From an uncultured Gammaproteobacteria bacterium (lineage in GTDB: Bacteria > Patescibacteriota > Patescibacteriia > Patescibacteriales > UBA12465), in NCBI GenBank assembly GCA_964350915.1, contig CAYGLM010000002.1, positions 15,728 through 59,708 on the forward strand: a stretch of 43,981 bases of DNA, read 5' to 3'. The position numbers and the translations under genes were made by a program. Below, piece after piece: positions 16,726 through 23,952 of the stretch; positions within the stretch are counted from its first letter, which is position 1; the number at the start of each line of letters is the position of its first letter. The notes below the pieces were generated by a model. It saw only the letters and a list, made by a program, of their open reading frames with translations. It was not told the DNA's origin and did not search any database.

Positions 16726-19700
16726 ATGAAAAATTATAAATTTAAATTAACGCTTTTCATTATTATTATTGTTGCCACGCTAATATTATTTGCTCCGCAG
16801 ACTAGAGCGCAATCAGCTGACAATAATCCCGATGCAATTGCTATTCGCGTTATTCCTAATCCCAATCATTATAGCGTTACACGCTGGTATCAGAATCAGG
16901 GATTTTCCGGCTCACCTCAGGCGCTAACGGTTGATGGTTATGAAGCTTTGCGTGACGGACGTACCGTGTATATAAATGCTGCCAATGTGGTGGGTAAGAC
17001 TATCTATACTAATATTTATTTGATTTCCTATAACCAGGATTATAGTGTTAAAACGGTGGATATTTTAGGACAAATCATCGCTAACTGGAAGTTTAATGAT
17101 AATCTTCCCGCCGAAGCATCGACTTGTTCTATTTCTGCCTTGAAATGTGAGAAAGACGCGGACTGCGCTTCAAGTCAATCCTGTGACTTAGTTCGCGGCG
17201 CCTGTGTTTTAAAGGAAGTGAAAAGCTGTGCGGTTGATACCGATTGTCCCGTTAATTTTTTCTGTGATAGTATAAAAGCTAAAATTATTCGTGACTTAAA
17301 ACGAGTCGGTCGTGTAGAAGAGATAAGAGAAGCGTTAACGAGATATCGTAATGCTAATGGTCGCTATCCATTGCTTGATGCCGGAACTTATTTACCAGGA
17401 AAAACAACTTCGCTCTGGCCGAGTTGGAATCAAGTATTTTTACCGGCCGTTGGCTTGAGCCAAGGAGTTCTTGATCCAGTTAATCGTTTCGGATCTTGTC
17501 CGGGCTATGATGCTAAAACTTGTTGGGATAAGGATAAGCAGGAATTTATTGGAGCGCCAGCGGCTGGAGACTTAACTATTTCCTTGCCGGCCGATAGCCA
17601 TGCCCTAGTTTATACTACTAACCAATCTGGTTCCCAATATAATATTTGCGCCGTAATGGAAAGTCGTGAGCCAGAGCTTGGCTATACTTTATATCCTAAT
17701 GACCCGATAGGCAGTAGCTGTGTTACCAATACTGGGATTTTAGCCACCGGTAACGCTTTTAATAATCTGCCACAAATTACCGAATTATCATTAAAAGGAA
17801 TAGCTGGCCGTGAATATAATGGCTTTGTTAAAGCAGTTGATATAGATAATGATCCTTTGACCTGGTCTTTGTCTGGCGGTAGCTGGGCGGGCTGGTCAGC
17901 TATGCCGGCTATTCAAGGAACTAGTGATCCGAATCAGAAAAAATTATTTTCTTCTCGTGCTGGTAGCCCTGGCATATACCCCGTTACTATTACAGTTAGA
18001 GATACAAGAGGCGGAGTAACTTCAACGACGACTAATATTGAAATAATTTCTTCTTCTTCTTTCGCAGAAGTTGATGAATATAATTATCGTCTTGATCCGA
18101 TAGTTCCTTTTGACTATAGTTTTTACGTATCTGGAAATAACGCCGCACCAACTTATGGACTAAGAGCAATTTCTGAGCCCGATGTGCTTAGATATTCCAA
18201 TATTAGAATTAATGAGTCGTCTGACGGCACTAACCGCGTAAAAGTTTCTTTTCAGGGAATAATTTCACCTACTATTAAATTTAATGAAGATACGGAAACC
18301 GTTTACGAGCTGACAGTTAATTCATCAGGGGCAACCGCAGCCGTTAGTCGTTTTATTGTTAGAATCAAGATAGATAGACCTATTTTGGAGTTAAATTGTG
18401 AAACTCAGTCACGTCATAATTACGACTACAGCTGTCGTTTGGGCAATATCAAACAAGGAAATCATGATATAGAATATAATTCCGTTCTCGCTCTTCCTGC
18501 TGGACTTTCAGTGGGAGAAAAGACAAGCGAACCCGGAGTGATTTATTTATTTGGCAAAACAACCACTGTTCATCCCGGACAAGAAGTAAGAATAAGGGCC
18601 GTCAATGAATACGGCACAGAGACTATAAGAAGTTTTATTTTAAGAGTGAATACTTATTGTGGCGACGGCTTTAAACAAGCGCCCAACATGGAAGGACGCG
18701 GCGGCGTTTTCAATAATGGTTATGAGGCTTGTGATGGAAAAGCAGACGAGGCGGTTTCTGCCACTGATAGTAGTAAATATAGACAGTATGCTTGCAATAC
18801 CCCAACAGGAGCAGTGACTCCTTATCCAATTTCTGGAAGCAGTTATTGTGTATTTAAATCACCGCTTGATGGCGGAGGATATTGCGGGGATACTTATTGT
18901 CAGACCAGACATGAAGATAAGAGTACCTGCCCGTTTGATTGCGATCCCGCGTTTTCAGGTTCAGGGCAAAATCTTGGCGGAGACAACCCCGGTGCCATCA
19001 GTTGTCAGCTAACTAACTATTGTCCAGACGGCCAAACCTGTGTCAACGGTACTTGTGTGAGTCAGTGTTGGGACAGGGAAGTTGTCAGTAAGGTACAGTT
19101 TTCAGAAGGAGATGCAACTAGACCAGGAACTTATGAATATCGTGACTGTAATTTTTTTGGCTTTGATTGTGTAGCAACTTTTACCTATACTTCAACCAAA
19201 ATATCTCCAAGTACTGATGGTACTATCAAATATTGTTTCGCCGATAATTATCCTAATACCCCCGCCTACCCCAGAGGCAACTATTGCACCATTGTTAGAA
19301 TAGATGATCCATTTTGCACTAATAGCGCCCTTTGTCCGGTTGGTTTTAGTGATTTAAAACAAGTAGGACTTACTGGCACTGGCGACACTTGTCGCGATAA
19401 ATCTGACACCTGTCCCAATAGATGGTGTCAAAGACGTATTTATGAATGCTCTAAAACGCAGACAGTAACTTATTGTGTTGGAGATGCTTGTAGCACAACA
19501 GGAGGAACGGTTATGGATGGTAAAATTAACTCTAGCGGACAATGCATAGGATATGTAGTAGTAACACCTCCAGTCATTCCGGCAGACTCCTGTTCTTCCG
19601 ATAGTGAGTGTGCTACTGGTCAAGAATGTGTTGGCGTTCAAGGAAGTTGTGTTGACAATAATACAAGGGCATATTCTGCTAATTGTGATCAGTATTCTTT

Positions 19701-20580
19701 TGATTCAACCATTTGTGTTGCTAACCCTTATTATTCTTGCGATTGGGTTCCAACAATTCTTGGCACCTGCGTAACTAAGCAAGTTGTTGTTGACCCAACG
19801 CCCACTCCTCCGCCAACAACTTGTACTCCGGTGTGTGAGGTGGGGCGTTGTGGCGATAACCAGTGCGGTGGCACTTGTCCTTGCTACAGTGGCTCAGCTT
19901 GTGACAATGCAACTAAGACCTGTAAATGTTTAACCGGGTGCGCCTATACTGTAGCGTCAAGCAATGTTAATACGCTCTATAATTGTAGCGTTTATAATAA
20001 TTATTGTTCTCCTGGTGGCGGCTATTGTGGAGACCTGAGATGTGATGACAGAATATTAGATGATTGGAACGGGTTAATTGCCGGGGAAACATTTGATAAC
20101 TGTCCTACTGATTGTTCGGCACCACGTTGTGAATGTAAGGCAGTTAATCCAACATTTCAATGTGGTAGAGCTATTTGCCCTGATGGTAAGACGTCGTATA
20201 TGTGTGGCGTGTGTGAAGGTCAGCCATCTGGCGGTTGGCAGTCCTATGAATGTATTAATAATATGTGTGTGCCGAAATTAAAAGAAACCTGCGGCAACGG
20301 TGTGATAGATGCTTTCGAGACTTGTGATGATGGCGCAAATAATATTGCTGAAGCTGATATTCCAACCAGAGAACAATTAACACATCTTTATAATTATTCA
20401 ATGCAGAAGTATTGCACTACTATAAATTGTTTAAGAATGAACGTCTATCCGCCCAAATGTGGCGACGGTATTTGTGATTTTGATATTCTTCCAGATAAGG
20501 AAGGCTGCGGCTCAATAACTTGTCGAGACAATTATGGAATTCCCCAATATGATTGCGTGGGGAGTCCAAAATGTAGTTAA
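16726..20580 (+). CDS. 1284-aa cysteine-rich secreted protein with an internal pilin/pseudopilin-like globular segment, cadherin-like (He_PIG/Cadg-type) Ig domains and Myxococcus-type cysteine-rich repeats
   Basis: Signal peptide MKNYKFKLTLFIIIIVATLILFAPQTRAQSA (ATG at 16726 preferred over the TTG at 16708). IIRDLKRVGRVEEIREALTRYRNANGRYP...LDPVN...YNICAVMES resembles the globular head of type IV pilins/GspG. DNDPLTWSLSGG...GIYPVTITVRDTRGG is cadherin/He_PIG-like. CGDGFKQ...GYEACDG and CGNGVIDAFETCDDGANN resemble the Myxococcus Cys-rich repeat. Confidence 0.7.
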   Translation: MKNYKFKLTLFIIIIVATLILFAPQTRAQSADNNPDAIAIRVIPNPNHYSVTRWYQNQGFSGSPQALTVDGYEALRDGRTVYINAANVVGKTIYTNIYLISYNQDYSVKTVDILGQIIANWKFNDNLPAEASTCSISALKCEKDADCASSQSCDLVRGACVLKEVKSCAVDTDCPVNFFCDSIKAKIIRDLKRVGRVEEIREALTRYRNANGRYPLLDAGTYLPGKTTSLWPSWNQVFLPAVGLSQGVLDPVNRFGSCPGYDAKTCWDKDKQEFIGAPAAGDLTISLPADSHALVYTTNQSGSQYNICAVMESREPELGYTLYPNDPIGSSCVTNTGILATGNAFNNLPQITELSLKGIAGREYNGFVKAVDIDNDPLTWSLSGGSWAGWSAMPAIQGTSDPNQKKLFSSRAGSPGIYPVTITVRDTRGGVTSTTTNIEIISSSSFAEVDEYNYRLDPIVPFDYSFYVSGNNAAPTYGLRAISEPDVLRYSNIRINESSDGTNRVKVSFQGIISPTIKFNEDTETVYELTVNSSGATAAVSRFIVRIKIDRPILELNCETQSRHNYDYSCRLGNIKQGNHDIEYNSVLALPAGLSVGEKTSEPGVIYLFGKTTTVHPGQEVRIRAVNEYGTETIRSFILRVNTYCGDGFKQAPNMEGRGGVFNNGYEACDGKADEAVSATDSSKYRQYACNTPTGAVTPYPISGSSYCVFKSPLDGGGYCGDTYCQTRHEDKSTCPFDCDPAFSGSGQNLGGDNPGAISCQLTNYCPDGQTCVNGTCVSQCWDREVVSKVQFSEGDATRPGTYEYRDCNFFGFDCVATFTYTSTKISPSTDGTIKYCFADNYPNTPAYPRGNYCTIVRIDDPFCTNSALCPVGFSDLKQVGLTGTGDTCRDKSDTCPNRWCQRRIYECSKTQTVTYCVGDACSTTGGTVMDGKINSSGQCIGYVVVTPPVIPADSCSSDSECATGQECVGVQGSCVDNNTRAYSANCDQYSFDSTICVANPYYSCDWVPTILGTCVTKQVVVDPTPTPPPTTCTPVCEVGRCGDNQCGGTCPCYSGSACDNATKTCKCLTGCAYTVASSNVNTLYNCSVYNNYCSPGGGYCGDLRCDDRILDDWNGLIAGETFDNCPTDCSAPRCECKAVNPTFQCGRAICPDGKTSYMCGVCEGQPSGGWQSYECINNMCVPKLKETCGNGVIDAFETCDDGANNIAEADIPTREQLTHLYNYSMQKYCTTINCLRMNVYPPKCGDGICDFDILPDKEGCGSITCRDNYGIPQYDCVGSPKCS

Positions 20581-20591
20581 TAAAAAATTAT

Positions 20592-20897
20592 ATGAATAAA
20601 AAACAAAAATTAATTATAATATCAAGTCTAGCGGCGTTGTTGATAGTTGTTATTGTCTTAATAATAACTACAAATCGCGGTGATGATCAGGGCTACTGGC
20701 CGGATGCTGACCAGTATACACCTGAGTTTATGTCGGCCGAGGAAAAGTATATGTTTGATTTATCAGAAGACACACAAGTCCAAGTTCTGAAGCGAGAGGA
20801 GTCAGGCATGGTTGAAGTTTACAAAGTAATTAGAAGCGAAGACGATATTATCCATGACCTGGATTCAATTAAGCCTATAGATCCTAGATATAATTAA
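20592..20897 (+). CDS. Small bitopic membrane protein, function unknown (101 aa)
   Basis: N-terminal TM helix LIIISSLAALLIVVIVLIITT followed by an acidic soluble tail. It starts 11 nt after the preceding stop, which suggests co-transcription. Confidence 0.5.
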   Translation: MNKKQKLIIISSLAALLIVVIVLIITTNRGDDQGYWPDADQYTPEFMSAEEKYMFDLSEDTQVQVLKREESGMVEVYKVIRSEDDIIHDLDSIKPIDPRYN

Positions 20898-20942
20898 ACG
20901 ATTTATATTGTCGGCCCTTAACTCAACACTTTTTGCTATATT

Positions 20943-20970
20943 TTGAGTTTGGCGATTTATTGAGTATAAT
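20943..20970 (+). promoter_or_regulatory. Putative internal sigma70-type promoter (TTGAGT-16-TATAAT) ahead of the 21004 gene
   Basis: ttgagt at 20943..20948 and tataat at 20965..20970, in the 106-nt gap inside the locus. Confidence 0.4.
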
Positions 20971-21003
20971 AAAAGAATAGGGATAAAAATTTATAAAAAA
21001 AAT

Positions 21004-21792
21004 ATGTTTGAAAATCAAAACAATTCCGATGCTGCTAGCCGAGCACAAGTCGACGATATTTTTGCCGACACTGATAAAACGCCTGAAGGACAGATGCCTG
21101 GCGGTAACTCGGAAATAGTAACACGCAGTGTTGGCATGGGCGCAAATAGTGGTCCTATGTCCGCACCGGAGCCTGAAGAAGAACCACGTGGTAGCAATAA
21201 AGGTTTTATGATTGCCGTTATTGTTATGAGCGTAATCATTCTTGGCCTACTCGGCTTCTTGGCTTATAATAAGTTTTTAAAAACGCCAGTTGATGAAGAT
21301 TTGGATATAGCCGTGCTTCCAGAAACACAGAGCGAAAATACAGCAACAGGCACAGAGCTAACAATCGAGACTGAAGACGAAATAGCGACTTCCACCGACA
21401 CGGAGCCAGATTTCATTGATTATTTACCAATCTTACCAAATGAAGGCGGTGATGATGAAACCGTTGAGCCAGGAGTCGATACAGAGCTAGCTAATATTGA
21501 TTCTGATGGCGATGGCCTTACTGACGCAGAGGAATTAATTTACGGCACTAACCCAAATTTAATTGATACGGACGGCGACGGTTTGACTGACTATGAAGAA
21601 GTGATGATTTATAAAACTGATCCCTTAAAACAAGATACCGATGGTGACGGCCTAACTGATTATGAAGAAGTAATGATTTATAAAACTGATCCTTTGAATC
21701 CAGATACAGATGGAGACGGCTATTCAGATGGCGATGAGGTGCGCAGTGGTTATGATCCTCTTGGTCTCGGTAGATTACCAGAAAACAGATAA
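21004..21792 (+). CDS. Bitopic membrane protein with an acidic linker and thrombospondin-type-3-like Ca-binding repeats (262 aa)
   Basis: TM helix GFMIAVIVMSVIILGLLGFLAY. Four DxDxDG units: DSDGDGLTDAEE, DTDGDGLTDYEEVMIYKTDPL (x2) and DTDGDGYSDGDEVRSGYDPLGLGRL. Confidence 0.7.
   Translation: MFENQNNSDAASRAQVDDIFADTDKTPEGQMPGGNSEIVTRSVGMGANSGPMSAPEPEEEPRGSNKGFMIAVIVMSVIILGLLGFLAYNKFLKTPVDEDLDIAVLPETQSENTATGTELTIETEDEIATSTDTEPDFIDYLPILPNEGGDDETVEPGVDTELANIDSDGDGLTDAEELIYGTNPNLIDTDGDGLTDYEEVMIYKTDPLKQDTDGDGLTDYEEVMIYKTDPLNPDTDGDGYSDGDEVRSGYDPLGLGRLPENR
21565..21702 (+). repeat. Two tandem 69-bp units encoding DTDGDGLTDYEEVMIYKTDPL(KQ/NP)
   Basis: By my alignment 12 of 69 nt differ. Ten of these are silent changes within the 21 identical codons, and two change the last two residues. 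Confidence 0.9.
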
Positions 21793-21814
21793 TTAGCTTA
21801 TTATTTTTTATGTT

Positions 21815-22021
21815 ATGTTAACCGCTGATAATAAAAATTCCTTAACAGAAGCTCCTCAACAGAATCAACAAGTCGATGTTAATGTTAAAAAAAAGAGTCG
21901 ACTGGCGATTGATGTTCATTCTATGCCTAGAACTAGCGAAAAAAGTTTGAAAATTTGGTTCGTTTTGGGAGGAGTAGCTATTTTGGTAGTAATTGGTTTA
22001 ATCGCTATTTTATTAATTTGA
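21815..22021 (+). CDS. 68-aa tail-anchored membrane protein; looks like a truncated paralog of the N-terminal module of the next gene
   Basis: KKKSRLAIDVHSMPRTSEKS plus TM helix IWFVLGGVAILVVIGLIAILLI, compared with KPKVTVDQDLIVHNMPHRSRFS ... TM in the 22024 protein. Its stop is 2 nt before the next ATG. Confidence 0.45.
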   Translation: MLTADNKNSLTEAPQQNQQVDVNVKKKSRLAIDVHSMPRTSEKSLKIWFVLGGVAILVVIGLIAILLI

Positions 22022-22023
22022 TT

Positions 22024-23070
22024 ATGTTCGGAAAAAAGCCAGTAGGAAAAACAGAAGAGAATAAGCCTAAAGTTACGGTTGATCAAGATTTGATTGTCCA
22101 TAACATGCCGCATCGTTCTCGCTTTAGTACGGCGCCAAGCATGAAAAAAAGTGTTAATTCTGGCAATGAATTTTTAGGAGCGCCGGCTAAAACCCCGAAT
22201 AATTTTAAGGTCGTGGGCGGGCTGATAATTGGCTTCGGTATAATTTTTATCGGTACTTTGGCCTATCTTAGTTATCGCTTTATTATTAAGCCTCAAGCCG
22301 AGCCAGCACCGATAATAAAACAAGAACCGACGCCGGTTGCACCGGTAAATGAGGTGGAGGTAGATTTGACTGAAGTAGCAGTTTCGACCTCAACACCAGT
22401 AGAGGGAGTAGAGGCCAACATTATTGATTTAGAATCCGAAGGAGAAACAGTGGTTCCTGATAATGAATCAGATGTTTTGATGCCGGAAGAGGGCCTGGGG
22501 TCACCGGAAACTCCCTGGTCGCCGGTTTTAGATACTGACGGTGACGGCTTAACAGATGATGAAGAGGCCGTCTTAGGGACTAATCTCAATGAAATTGATA
22601 CGGATCAAGATGGTTATCTAGATTTAGCAGAAATAAAAAGCGGTTATGATCCTAGTGGTCCAGGCAGGCTAATCGATAATAAAAATATTGCTCGCTATCA
22701 GGGCGAGGTTGGAAGGTACTCCTTGCTTTACCCGGTAGCTTGGAATATCAGGACGCTTAACAATGGTTATACTGCTATGATTTCTGCTCCGGATAATTCC
22801 CTGATGCAAATATCAGTCCAGGAAAATCCACGCATTCAAGACATTAGTAGTTGGTATCAAGATACTTTTCCTGGAGAAAATATGTCTTATGACCGAGTTA
22901 AGAATGGTCCTGGCTGGGAAGGAATTATGGGCGAGAATGGTTTAAATTTTTATTTAACCGATCAGGCCAGACAGAGTATTTATGTGATATCATATATTCC
23001 GGCGATGAGTGGACGCTTAGCTTATCCCAATATTTTTCAGATGTTAATTGATACTTTTCAATTAAATTAA
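22024..23070 (+). CDS. Bitopic membrane protein with TSP3-like Ca-binding repeats and a C-terminal globular domain of unknown function (348 aa)
   Basis: The ATG at 22024 (MFGKKPVGK) is preferred over the ORF-track start at 21955, which overlaps the upstream gene. TM helix VVGGLIIGFGIIFIGTLAYLSY. Repeats DTDGDGLTDDEEAVLGTNLNEIDTDQDGYLDLAEIKSGYDPSGPGRL. Confidence 0.65.
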   Translation: MFGKKPVGKTEENKPKVTVDQDLIVHNMPHRSRFSTAPSMKKSVNSGNEFLGAPAKTPNNFKVVGGLIIGFGIIFIGTLAYLSYRFIIKPQAEPAPIIKQEPTPVAPVNEVEVDLTEVAVSTSTPVEGVEANIIDLESEGETVVPDNESDVLMPEEGLGSPETPWSPVLDTDGDGLTDDEEAVLGTNLNEIDTDQDGYLDLAEIKSGYDPSGPGRLIDNKNIARYQGEVGRYSLLYPVAWNIRTLNNGYTAMISAPDNSLMQISVQENPRIQDISSWYQDTFPGENMSYDRVKNGPGWEGIMGENGLNFYLTDQARQSIYVISYIPAMSGRLAYPNIFQMLIDTFQLN

Positions 23071-23103
23071 AATTAAATTTAAATTTAAACGTTTGGGATA
23101 ATA

Positions 23104-23132
23104 AAAACAACGCCTTAAGGGCGATGTTTTTT
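23104..23132. terminator. Bidirectional hairpin terminator between the 22024 gene and convergent clpP
   Basis: In aaaaacaaCGCCTtaaGGGCGatgtttttt the core 5-bp stem has one G.U and a 3-nt loop, extended by A/T pairs, with an A-run on the 5' side and a T-run on the 3' side. Confidence 0.5.
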
Positions 23133-23170
23133 ATGTAAAAAAGATTTTTTTGAAGAATATAGTAAATGTT

Positions 23171-23749
23171 TTATTTCTTAATAATTTTATCGATAATGCC
23201 ATATTTTAAGGCCTCTTCCGCACTCATAAAATTATCGCGATCACTATCTTTTTCTACCGTTGCTTCCTTCTGCTTCGTGTGCAGGGCAAGAATTTTATTC
23301 ATTTTTGCTTTTGTTTTTAAGATATGTTCGGCTCGGATTTTTATATCAGAGGCCTGACCTTCAGCACCGCCCATGACTTGATGAATCATTACCTCGCTGT
23401 TAGGTAAGGCAAAACGCTTGCCAGGAGCACCAGATGCTAAGAGTACAGAGGCCATTGAGGCGGCCAGCCCCACACAGATGGTGGAGACGTCGGATTTGAT
23501 ATATTGCATTGTATCATAAATTGCTAATCCGGCACTGACCGAACCGCCCGGTGAGTTGATGTAGAATTTTATATCCCTATCCTTATCGCCGGCATCCAGG
23601 AATAAGAATTGAGCAATCACAATATTAGCGACGTGGTCGTCGATAGGTTCACCCAGAAAGATGATTCTATCCTTAAGTAAACGAGAATAAATATCGTAGG
23701 CTCTTTCGACTTGACCTTCTTTTTCGATGACAGTGGGTATAAGTGGCAT
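23171..23749 (-). CDS. clpP: ATP-dependent Clp protease proteolytic subunit
   Basis: [17 protein letters not shown], the catalytic Ser context [14 protein letters not shown], and the His context VMIHQVMGG. 192 aa. Confidence 0.95.
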   Translation of the reverse strand: MPLIPTVIEKEGQVERAYDIYSRLLKDRIIFLGEPIDDHVANIVIAQFLFLDAGDKDRDIKFYINSPGGSVSAGLAIYDTMQYIKSDVSTICVGLAASMASVLLASGAPGKRFALPNSEVMIHQVMGGAEGQASDIKIRAEHILKTKAKMNKILALHTKQKEATVEKDSDRDNFMSAEEALKYGIIDKIIKK

Positions 23750-23952
23750 AAAATTATAGTTTATTGAAAAAAATGATAGTTTATTTAAAGTAGACTTATT
23801 ATAAATAAAATTGGTCTTTTTGTAAAGGCGCGGTCTTGATTTTTATTTCTAATTGTCCTAAGATAAAGGCAAGTTTTGGTAAATAATTAATATTTGCCAG
23901 TTTTTAAAAATTGGCGCTATTTTTAGGCACTATTTAAATTTAATAATCCAAT

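Noticed and set aside
16726-16800. Class III (type IV prepilin) signal at the N-terminus of the 1284-aa protein (KFKLTLFIIIIVATLIL)
   Set aside because: It lacks the Gly at -1 and the Glu at +5 of the G|F(T/S)LxE motif. It looks like an ordinary Sec signal peptide with an AQS cleavage site.
7273-23070. Mobile element or genomic island origin for the giant-protein locus
   Set aside because: I saw no integrase, transposase, flanking direct repeats or tRNA attachment site at its borders, and composition looks similar to the flanks by eye. I did not compute composition, so this is not excluded.
23813-23837. CtsR operator upstream of clpP, suggested by the direct repeat GGTCTT...GGTCTT
   Set aside because: The heptads read GGTCTTT and GGTCTTG rather than (A/G)GTCAAA on either strand, and the spacing (19-bp period) is wrong for CtsR. 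They may be nothing more than chance repeats.
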